NCBI GenBank assembly: GCA_964019335.1
Contig: OZ025713.1
Location: 124,001-188,000 of the forward strand
Source: Diplonema japonicum
Lineage: Eukaryota > Protista > Euglenozoa: Diplonemea
DNA length: 64,000 nt
Direction: 5' to 3'
A program made the translations under genes and the position numbers. Shown in pieces: positions 48,162-57,378 of the stretch. The notes under the pieces were generated by a model. It was not told the origin of the DNA, made no database searches, and was given only the letters and a program-made list of their open reading frames with translations. The stretch's first letter is position 1. Each line of letters begins with the position of its first letter.

Positions 48162-48205
<44 letters not shown>

Positions 48206-48816
48206 AACACCAGACTCTTCTTAATTTTCTTTTTTTTTCGCTATAAAGGAAGATTCCGTTTTTTGGCTAAGAACAGAGCAGCACTTGTTGAAAAGGTAAG
48301 GCCTACTTGATCACGGGGGGGGGGGGGGGGGGGGGGAAGGTGGCTGATGTGATTGAGGTGGTGGTGGGGGAGGGAGAATAAAAAAAAGAAGATTTTTTTT
48401 TTTTTTTTTTTTTTTTTTCCTTCCTGCGATCTTTTATTAAATTGAGCTCTCGAAGAGAAAAAAAAAAAAAGAAAGAAAAAAAGAGGAACTGGCTGTTATT
48501 TGTTACGTGCCGGGTAAAAACCTGGAGAAGTTTGTAAACCCGAAACACAGTCAAAGACCCGTTCTTGCAAAAAAAAAAAATAATTCTTTATGACTATATG
48601 TCTTTGTTGTTCGCACGAGCAAAAAAGATTTTTAAAAAGCTGCGAAAGTTTTTTGCTCGGCACAAGTTGCATATAGTTATAAAATCATTTTTTGAAAGAT
48701 AAATATTTGTAACAAAAATAATTCTTTATGACTATATGTCTTTGTTGTTCGCTTCAGGACCCTCTGGGACCGCGGAACGCGGTGCCGTAACGGCGGGGCC
48801 GTGGAGGCGTCTCTCA

Positions 48817-50424
48817 CTACAGGAAGTGGCCTGATCTTGCCCCCGGGTGCGTAACGCCCCGCGTGAATGGGTCTGCCTTCTGCTCGTGTGTGGAAACCCA
48901 CTGGACGTGGAGATTTGCCTGACGCTCCTCTACGAGAGTGTATATGTCAGTAATTATCTTATTTCCCATGAAGCTAGATGACAGCCCCTTCCGAATCGCG
49001 TACACAGCAGGCAGGTTGTCGACCATCAGCGATACCTTGCAGCGGGACCCCCCACGGAGGGCCATGAAAGCTCCTTCCCGGGCTGCCGCTAGTTCCTTCA
49101 GGAAGATGTGACGTGCTTCCCACCGTCCGCAGAACTCTCCCTGCGTCACGTGCTTCACGACGCCTTCATCCAGCATGACCCCTGCCCAGGCAGTCGACGA
49201 AGCGTCAGTCCACACCACCCTCTCAGGTAACTCGTCTGGTCGGGTTCTCCAGGCGTTCCTGGCCATCACCGCCAGCGCACGCCTCACGTCAGCCACAGTA
49301 GATGGGGGAACGGCCACGGTCTCGTCCCACTTCTGCGGCTCCTTCGCTACCAAGGATGTGGCTTTGCGGAGGAAACTGATGGCGTGGGGAAGGAAACAGA
49401 GAGGATGCCTGGTTGTGTACCGGTGCCAGACGACCCTGCCGAATAGCCGAGAAAACTCCCTCGGGGTACACCTGCTGTCGCCGACAACCTTCGTCGTTTC
49501 TTCAGCCTGCAGAACCTTCTCTACCCACTTCGGAGCCATCCTGTACCGCGCGGACACAAGATCAAAAGCAAGCCCCAAAGCCTCGAACTCCTGGTTTGGC
49601 ACGCCCGCACCAGCCTCGTCGAAGTGCAGGTCACCCCGACCTTCTCGCACCTCTGCAAAAAGCCGTGTCAATCCAGCACACACCCTGCTCCTCCGGCAGC
49701 AACACCGTGGCGGTCCTCTGCGCGATAGCTGGCGCCCAACTCCACCCCATCGCCATCACGTCCATCACCACGGTGCTGAACTGGCCCCTCCAGCCAGAAA
49801 CTCTCGCCCCGAAGAACTTCGCTACCGCGGGTGACAGCGGGAACTGGTAAAACCAACTCCTCGCATCTGCCGTCACAACATACCTTGCGCGTAGGAAGCG
49901 CTCGATCACCTCCAAGATCGGCGGCAAAAACATCTGGGGGGGTGGCTTCATCAAGAGGTTCAGCTTCCTGCCGTCCTGAACCAGACGGAGATCTCCCGAC
50001 TTCTTTGGCACGGTGAACAGGGAGGATGACCTTCGGGTGGTCGATCTTCACTTTCCTCAGGACTCCGTAATCTCTGAGCGTCGGGAGGTGGCGAAGCATG
50101 CCCCGCGATGTGCCCCTCAAGTACCTCGGAGCCTCCATCTCTGTCAATGCCCCTTCCTTCAGCGCACCCCGGAAAGCATGTTCACAGCAGATGACATCGA
50201 CGACACCGTCAAGGATCCCACGCTCGTCCAACTCTTTGAGGGCAGGGACACTGATCCTGCTTCTCGATATCGCCGCAATGTCGCCGTCTGAACCCCGCTG
50301 GGCAGGAGGCGAGACGCCAAACAAACGCGGTTCTGCGTCATATCCAATGAAGGGGTCAGCCGACGGGAAAGTCTCGAAACCGTCCAAAGGGTCGTAGTCA
50401 GCACCCTGGCTGACCTTGGCGGAA
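48817..50424 (-). pseudogene. RT/RNase H of the YR element (frameshifts near 50020 and 49665)
   Basis: FTVPKKSGDLRLVQDGRKLN, DARSWFYQFP, MAMGWSWAP, CWID (broken). RNase H motifs WTDAS, HIFLKEL, VDN, WVSTHEQKADPFTR. Confidence 0.88.
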
Positions 50425-50449
50425 CTGCGGAAAAAAGAAAAAGGGAATT

Positions 50450-51452
50450 TCACCTGAGCAAAGAAGAAGTCTTTGCAGTCGCCCTCACTGTGTGTACCTC
50501 GGCCTGGGGGAGGTACCGCATCAATGCCGTCGTCGATGAGTGACGGGAGACAGCCCGCAATTCTTCCAGCGCAGCCCCCCCTGCGCATTAGCGTGTGAAG
50601 CGCGCCCCTGCGAATGGAGTGGGCCGTGAGGCCTTTCGAAGCTTTGCCCATTGCTCTGTTCACGTGGGGGTATTTCACACCTTCGAACAGGAGGTCGTCC
50701 GGCCCAGCCTCCAGCAGCGTGCGTCCGATGTAAAGTCTGGCCCTCTCCGAGACGGCCACCCCCGTCGTGATGCCCAGTCGAAAAGGGTCCGACTTGGTGT
50801 TGGACCAGTTCACGGCGATGTGTCCCGGCATGACCGTCACGTCCTTGCACTTCAGGCGGATGACATCCGAGCACCTGGCCGCCCCATACCAGGCGAGTTC
50901 GAGGACGGTTCGAACCTTCTCGCTCGATGTCTTGCGCATTGCCCTCCGAAGCTGTATGGGAGTAGCAGGAATCGCCTGCTTCTGAGGCCGCAAAGCCCCT
51001 TGGCGCCGGAGGCTGCGTTCGAAATCTCGGAGCGCTCTGCTCTGAACGGGGCCCTGTCCATACCTGGCTTCGGCTGCCCTGATGTTCACGCAGTACTGTA
51101 GCGCCGACTGCACCTTCAGGTCGTTCAGTGTCATCAACTTGGTGACGAAAAGGATGATGGCCCAAGGAGTGGAGGGGACGTCCCAGTGCTTCCTGAACTC
51201 CAGGAAACGTCTGTAGACCGACGTGATGCTGGCCCAGTACTGCTCGCTGAGGGCGCTCCTCATGTGCCGGCCGGCTTCCCGGGAGACCCTGACCTTCTGC
51301 TTCGCGGTGAGCGGGAGTTCGGTGACTTTCGGCCTTCCTAGCGAGGGAACATTGTTTGTTTGTCGAGAGGGAGAGAGAGGAAGAAAATGTGAGTTTGGAT
51401 AAGGGGCGTGGGGTACGTGGGGTGCAGGGGGAGAGGCTGTCAACGCTGTCAT
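50450..51452 (-). pseudogene. Tyrosine recombinase of the YR element (extra G in the run at 50575-50581)
   Basis: AARCSDV (R), TKSDPF (K), HSIRRGA (HxxR). With one G removed the frame continues AALEELRAVSRHSSTTALMRYLP...LLR*, supplying the last H and the catalytic Y. Confidence 0.88.
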
Positions 51453-52360
51453 TTCCTGCGCCGATCCCTCGATCCAGACCTGCCTCCTCTGCGGGATCTG
51501 CCCTCGTTCTCCCCGGACGCCCTGCCTTCCCTGCGGCTTTTGCCTCCCCTCATTGTAGCGCTGTCCGTGAGCTTTCGCTTCCTGCGTCGACGGGTGAGCT
51601 CTTCGGCCAGGCGTTCTCCCTTTCTCAAAAAAGTAGGGACCGACTGCCCGTCGAACGCCTGCTGGATCGCGTCGGCGGCCTCCCAGTTGTCCCTGCTGCC
51701 CCTCTCTAGGGCCTGCAGGCGGACGATGGCTCGCTCGGCGAGGCGGACAAGCGTTGAGTTTAGCTCCACCGGGTCTTGACAGCCAATGGCCATTACGATC
51801 TCCTGCAGGTCCTTGACCCGCATGCCTGCCTCCCAAGCGTGGGGCCCGACGGTCAGCTGCCTGTACTGCATGGCGATGTTGGCCACCACCATGGGGCGCT
51901 CGCCCGGCTCTAACCACGCCCACTTCGACGGCTCTAAGGCTTGCAGACCCCATAGCGGTGGGGGAGCCTGAGTGTCGGGGTTGTCCTGTGGTGAGTCGTC
52001 GGCGCTTGGCTCGTCGCGAAAACCCTCCGAGTCCGCGGAAGACTGCGAGGCTAGGCGTCTGCGCCTTCCGTCGCGAATTCCGGGGAGGTTGACCCCAGTC
52101 GTACCCTCGGCGCTTGGCCCTCGATCAGCTCGGTCGGCTGAGAGTTCCAGCCGATGTCCCGACCCAAGGTGCGAACTCTCCACCCGGTCCCTAACCGTGG
52201 GGAGCAGCTCGGAGATGGCCCTCTGAACGGCCTGCTCGACGAGCCGGTCGACCCTGGTTCTCTTAGGGGTCGCCTCACTCCGGCCTGGCGTCTGGCACGG
52301 AGGCGGGGAGGTGGGTGATCCAACCCTCTCTCCACCCGCTTTGGCAGTCTTCGGCGGCAT
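51449..52360 (-). CDS. Gag-like ORF1 of the YR element, about 303 aa
   Basis: First ORF after repeat A1 (MPPKTAK...), with a basic C-terminus. Its TGA overlaps the YR ATG (ATGA). Gag assignment is positional. Confidence 0.7.
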   Translation of the reverse strand: MPPKTAKAGGERVGSPTSPPPCQTPGRSEATPKRTRVDRLVEQAVQRAISELLPTVRDRVESSHLGSGHRLELSADRADRGPSAEGTTGVNLPGIRDGRRRRLASQSSADSEGFRDEPSADDSPQDNPDTQAPPPLWGLQALEPSKWAWLEPGERPMVVANIAMQYRQLTVGPHAWEAGMRVKDLQEIVMAIGCQDPVELNSTLVRLAERAIVRLQALERGSRDNWEAADAIQQAFDGQSVPTFLRKGERLAEELTRRRRKRKLTDSATMRGGKSRREGRASGENEGRSRRGGRSGSRDRRRK

Positions 52361-53134
52361 TTTACTTTTTTGTTGTTCGCACGAGCAAAAAAGATTTTTA
52401 AAAAGCTGCGAAGGTTTTTTGCTCGGCACAAGTTGCATATAGTTATAAAATCATTTTTTGAAAGATAAATATTTGTGGTTAGCAACGGCCCGCCAGAAAA
52501 TAAAAAACCTTGGGGGTTTCCTTTTGGCGAGCGGCGATTCTCGTTATTCTCTTTTCAATCTATAAGTCCTTTTTACTCCGGGCCCTACCCTCTTTCCCGG
52601 GCTCCGGACTGAAGTATCTCAGTTTCAGGGAAAACAAAAAATAAAAAAAATAAATAGAAAGCAAAGTGTTAGAAAAAGGGAAGAAAAAAAAAAAAGAAAA
52701 AGAAAAAATTCCCATTTTTTTTTTCCCCGGGAGAATTCGAGTCTCTTTGGGGCTTTGTACATCCCTGCAGCCCCCCTTGACCGAACAAAGTAAAAGAAGA
52801 AAAAAAAAAGTAAAAATAGGCAAATACTGAACTGAAAGAATGACGGGGTAGAAAAAAAAGTTGCACGGGAAAAAGAATATTCTATTTGGGAGGACACTGG
52901 AGAAAACCGAACGATGAAAAATAATAATTTTACTTTTGCTCAAGCACGCAGAGACCAGTGAGGAGGGCCAGCTCGGTTCGTTTTTTTTGGGGGGGGATGT
53001 TTGCTTTTCTTTAACGACCTCATTTTTAAAAAAAAAAAAAGAATGACAAAAGAAAAAAAAAAATCTTTTCTTTAGCAATAACAATTCATTTATCAAAATA
53101 TTGTTATTTTATTATTATTTTTTTTTTTTTTTTT

Positions 53135-56100
53135 TCACAACTCCATGGTAGCGTTCGCAAGCATCCCGACCAACGTCTCGGTGGGGCTGACCCTCCCGGC
53201 GATGAGCGCAGACCGCGACGGAGAGCACGCTTGGAAAGCATATTTCGCAGAACAATACTCATCCGTCTGGTTCCCCAGGTTCAAGACAGTCTCATACTTT
53301 TGCGACAGCGAAAAACTAAACACCGACGACACGTTCATCTGCGCAGTAGACATCATCATCACAACTGCGATAAGAACCTTGAAAGACAGATGATACTCAA
53401 GTTTGTTCCCTCCGATCAACACCACAAACACCATTACAATACACTGCAGAACCTGAAACAGCTGGATCCAGACCATTACCCCGTACGTGTTCACGAATCT
53501 TTCAGACTCCTCAGAACTTTGGTACTTTCCTTGTATCATGGTGTACCACTTCATAAAAGACACGAATGCGACCAGAGAAACCGCTAAAATTGCAGTTGCA
53601 GCTGCCAGTGCAAAACCTTTTGTCATAAATGGGAACGCCCGAAGGACCCCCGCGATGAGCATCAGTGGGTTGGATGCGTTGTTCAAACATTCATCGATGT
53701 TCGATAATTGGTGAAGAGCCTCATCCATAGCTTCGTCCATGTTGTTGATAAGTTTTGCGACTTTTGTATCGAATGAGGTTACTAAATCGGCGAGCTCTCC
53801 CATGTTGTCCACAAGAGAGTTGACAGGGGGTTTTGTTAAGGCGTCGAAATTTGCCCCGAACTCCATGTTCGCCCCGCCCACCACCGCCAGCAGACCGATC
53901 GCGTTTTTGTCGTACCACTTAGGAGGGATGCTCTTGTCGATTACTCTGAGGCCTTTTCTGAGACGCTTTGATGATTTTCTGATCTTCCCGTAGCCGTCTA
54001 GCGTGAAGCTCTTCTCGATGGCGAGGATGTCGACAAGCATCATGAGCGATGTGTTCTCCTTTATCTTGCGCAGCTTCTCCTCAACACTCGGATCATTGCT
54101 TCTCTCACATTTCCTCTGAAACATCTCCGGTGAGCCCTTCACCACGTCGATCATTGCAAGCGTTTGGTTCCTAACCGCCCATGTTTCCGGGCCCTTAACA
54201 GCCTCGTCTGGGATTGATGTTACTATACTTTCGTTTATGGTGGCGTTCGGGAGCATTGCTGCCAAATCAGACGGTGCGGATTCGTAGAGAATGGTGAGGT
54301 ACAACCCTTGTACGTTAAGGTTATGCGTGCTGAGGGTGATACGGTTGATGATTGTGTTGAATTCAGCTGCTTGTTCATGGTGAGCTGGTTCGCGGAGGGA
54401 TCTGACATGCGATGCGATGTCGAGTGTGGACAGAACTGTTTGGATTCCTGATTCGATTTGTTTTGCGAGGCGTGATGCGAGGTCTGCCGCGAGACGGTCG
54501 CCGGGAGCGACATCCTCGTTCGGGATGTACAGCGGTTCGGACTTCCCGCTGCTGTTGTTGATGGAACTGTCGCCCAAACTGTTGCCCATCTCCTCCGACT
54601 CCGCAACCGCTTCTTCAATCGCGGTTTCGATAACGCTCGTCACCCTGTCGTCGATGCTGTTTGATTTTAAAGCGTTCTTCGCTGTCTTCACCGCTTCGTC
54701 CGAATCAATGAGTTCCTTCCATATACACTTCGCTGCAACGCTAGCTGTTTTCCCCGCTAGCATGTGCACGTACTTCGCGTGGAGGTATGTAAACTGCGTG
54801 ACGTACTCCGCCTCCGCGTTCGAAAGCGAAACATCGAACAAATACCCCTCAAGAGAGGCTTTGAACTCGATGGCTTTGTTGCGAGCGGCTTGATTGCCGT
54901 CTGCCCAGTCTGGTGCAGCCTGTCTGCGGCGGTACATTGAGACAAACTTTGCTTGCGTTGCTTCTATCTCGTACACAATCTTCTTGAAGGCTTCCTTCAT
55001 GTCGTGGTCCGGGTTTCTGCAGATACGCGACGCTAGATGGCACAGCCTCGATCTGATGGACGCTGCGAGATGGTTAAGAACATGCGATGTAAGAGGGTTC
55101 GTCATCGATATATCAACAAAGGAAAATGCAGATGACACCACATCGGCCAGGCCTGTTCTGTACCCAACGACGACCTCTGTGGGGATACCTGCTTGTTCCA
55201 TGTATTGTACCCAGTGCAAGCATGTTACAAGAATTTCTTTCACCCTTGCAGCGGAGAAATACTGCAGACCTTCGACTTGCGATCGGAACGCAAGCTCAAC
55301 ACTCTGTTCGATGCTCGTCTGCAACGGTTCAGGGTACAGCATGGGAGCCTCATATATAGGGGTTTCAGGATCGGCTGCGTACTGTTGCAGATACAGCCCC
55401 GGGATTTGCAATTCCAACACGTTTCGCAACGCAGCGGCCGTTGACCTGCATGACAGAGCATCGCGGTACAGATGGACGATTTCTTCTGAGTACCTTACGG
55501 CAGATGCGGTGCCCTTCTCTTCGATAGATCGGAAGGATGGCATTCCGGGTATTTCAAAGGCTTGTTCGGGGCGGTGGAGGTTCTTGTTGAGGTTCATGTT
55601 TGGCGCGTCCGCCAGGCCCACCCAGAGCAGCAGCATGGCTTGGCAAACAATACACACACCAGACAGTATTAGAAGCCACAGTACCATCGTTCTCTTCCTA
55701 TCATCATCGAAACAGTCCAGTTTGAAGTACGCCGTGTGCAGGCTTGGCATCATGAAAATAAGCTGGAAAATATCGACAGACAACGGGAGCAGGATGTATA
55801 TTGCATGCTTCGAGTACAGGCGGTCGGGGATAACACCAATGGCGAGATGCTTCAAGCTAACGAAGAAGTTGAATACGATAAACCACCAATGGAGAAAGTA
55901 CACGGATTTGAAGAGACCGTCGGCTCTACCGCATATTTGGTCCGTCCACTCCACCCAGAAGGTGATCCATAAGCCAAGCATTGTGATGGAAGCCAACGTG
56001 CTGAGGCCTTCGGTGATGACAAAGCCCTTGAAGAACCGCTCTCTGCTTGCGATGGCCTTCCGCTCCCTCTCATCCATCATGTCGTCATAGTCGGGGCCGT

Positions 56101-56161
56101 TCTTAAGTGAGGCTTCTGATGAGCCGTCGTTGGGGTTTTGCGTGTTTTTAACATCTGACAT
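53135..56161 (-). CDS. Uncharacterised membrane protein, 1008 aa (about 4 N-terminal TMs, large helical middle region, 3-4 C-terminal TMs)
   Basis: Long clean ORF with hydrophobic clusters at about aa 45-185 and 840-955. No motif recognised. Confidence 0.85.
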   Translation of the reverse strand: MSDVKNTQNPNDGSSEASLKNGPDYDDMMDERERKAIASRERFFKGFVITEGLSTLASITMLGLWITFWVEWTDQICGRADGLFKSVYFLHWWFIVFNFFVSLKHLAIGVIPDRLYSKHAIYILLPLSVDIFQLIFMMPSLHTAYFKLDCFDDDRKRTMVLWLLILSGVCIVCQAMLLLWVGLADAPNMNLNKNLHRPEQAFEIPGMPSFRSIEEKGTASAVRYSEEIVHLYRDALSCRSTAAALRNVLELQIPGLYLQQYAADPETPIYEAPMLYPEPLQTSIEQSVELAFRSQVEGLQYFSAARVKEILVTCLHWVQYMEQAGIPTEVVVGYRTGLADVVSSAFSFVDISMTNPLTSHVLNHLAASIRSRLCHLASRICRNPDHDMKEAFKKIVYEIEATQAKFVSMYRRRQAAPDWADGNQAARNKAIEFKASLEGYLFDVSLSNAEAEYVTQFTYLHAKYVHMLAGKTASVAAKCIWKELIDSDEAVKTAKNALKSNSIDDRVTSVIETAIEEAVAESEEMGNSLGDSSINNSSGKSEPLYIPNEDVAPGDRLAADLASRLAKQIESGIQTVLSTLDIASHVRSLREPAHHEQAAEFNTIINRITLSTHNLNVQGLYLTILYESAPSDLAAMLPNATINESIVTSIPDEAVKGPETWAVRNQTLAMIDVVKGSPEMFQRKCERSNDPSVEEKLRKIKENTSLMMLVDILAIEKSFTLDGYGKIRKSSKRLRKGLRVIDKSIPPKWYDKNAIGLLAVVGGANMEFGANFDALTKPPVNSLVDNMGELADLVTSFDTKVAKLINNMDEAMDEALHQLSNIDECLNNASNPLMLIAGVLRAFPFMTKGFALAAATAILAVSLVAFVSFMKWYTMIQGKYQSSEESERFVNTYGVMVWIQLFQVLQCIVMVFVVLIGGNKLEYHLSFKVLIAVVMMMSTAQMNVSSVFSFSLSQKYETVLNLGNQTDEYCSAKYAFQACSPSRSALIAGRVSPTETLVGMLANATMEL

Positions 56162-56762
56162 TTTTTTTTTTTTTTTTTTCTTTCACCCTTTTTCACCCCC
56201 TCACTCTTTATTATTATTTACTGAGTAATACTCATAGGGGGGGGGGGGGGGGGGGAGAACATTAAAAAAAAAAAAGAAAACTGCAAAACCTTTTGTTTTG
56301 CCATCGTCTCTCTTTTTGTAAGGGACACAGGGTCGTCCGCCCCGAAGCTTTGGTCGTAACCTATGGCCATTTTGTAGCGGCTGCAGCGTCCGGTTCAGCC
56401 AAGCTGGCCAGGGTACAAGTCCCATCCCTTGCGCCCAACTACACACCAGGGCAAGGGTTAAGATCTTTTTTTTTTTTTTTTTTCGCTCGGGCAAGAAAAG
56501 GAGAAAAAAAAAAATTAAAAGGTGGGGATAGAAACCTGGAGAGAAATTAAAAAAAAAAAAAAAAAAAAAAAAACAGAAAACCCGTGCAAAATTCACTTGA
56601 GGAGCTAGGTGAATCCGAGCCCCCTAAGCATCGATGGAGTTTTTACTAAGGTGGGCATATCTCGGTTATTAGCCGTCAACGCGCAAAAAAAAAAAAAAAA
56701 AAAAAAAAAAAAGAAAGAAAACACACAATTCTTCTTCTTTACACACATGGACTGGAAACCCC

Positions 56763-57215
56763 TCACTTTTTCATTGTCATTCGCGGCCTTCTCGGTGGGA
56801 GCATACTGCTGATCAGAGGGAGGATGTCGGTGTTGCGGTTCACCTGCACAATAGGAATGCCACGGAAGGAGGGTGGTTGGGGATCGTGGGGGAGGTCTGT
56901 CTTGGTGGCTAAAATGCGGGCGTTTTTGAAGAATGTGTGGTAGCAGGATAGCCAGACCCCTAGGCGGTCGTAAGAGGCAGGGTTTGTGACATCGTAGACC
57001 AACAGCAGAATGCCGCTTATGAAGCGTGGATGGGAGCTGAAGCCCTTAGGAAAGTCGTGCAGCAGCACCTCTTCGTCCCTTTGAAGCAGATACTTTATGT
57101 AGGTCTGCGCCGTGGTTGTGGGAAACACCTCATCAGGACCTTCCGAAGCCCCGGCTGCGAGGATGAGGCTGGTCTTCCCCACTCCTTCGTCGCCGCATAA
57201 TAACGCCTTATTCAT
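56763..57215 (-). CDS. Divergent small GTPase, 150 aa
   Basis: ATG at 57215 (MNKALLCGDEGVGKTS), G2-like FPTT, degenerate G3 HDFP. C-terminal half shared with 13330-13803. Confidence 0.75.
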   Translation of the reverse strand: MNKALLCGDEGVGKTSLILAAGASEGPDEVFPTTTAQTYIKYLLQRDEEVLLHDFPKGFSSHPRFISGILLLVYDVTNPASYDRLGVWLSCYHTFFKNARILATKTDLPHDPQPPSFRGIPIVQVNRNTDILPLISSMLPPRRPRMTMKK

Positions 57216-57378
57216 TTTTCTTTTCTTTCTTTGCCTCGTTCTCACTCCCTTCCCTCCCCCTTTTTTTTTTTCTCTTTTTTCCGTTTCTCGCAGAAAGAAA
57301 AATAAGAATGATGAAAAAAAAAAAAAAAAACTCTCGAACGAGCGCTCAGCACATTCACAAACGAACTTTGTCAATATG

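Larger units (their letters stand above)
48576..52476 (-). mobile_element. Tyrosine-recombinase retrotransposon with split direct repeats (A1-gag-YR-RT-RH-B1-A2-B2), VIPER/TATE-like gene order
   Basis: A1 52381-52476 equals A2 48615-48710 (96 nt, 1 mismatch); B1 48714-48752 equals B2 48576-48614 (39 nt). Internal YR, RT and RNase H motifs. Confidence 0.93.

Noticed and set aside
49668-51953. 761-aa ORF as one real protein
   Set aside because: Composite of a gag-overlapping frame, YR and the pre-RT frame joined by an extra G. The YR catalytic Tyr lies in another frame.
32443-52476. Diversity-generating retroelement (RT plus variable repeats)
   Set aside because: The RT belongs to a YR retrotransposon, and I saw no template/variable repeat pair with adenine-specific differences.
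56320-56460. GC-rich segment with a CCCTTGC/GCAAGGG stem, reminiscent of the ingi/L1Tc 5' HDV-like ribozyme
   Set aside because: I could not build P2/P3 or the nested pseudoknot by eye. A covariance-model search would be needed.
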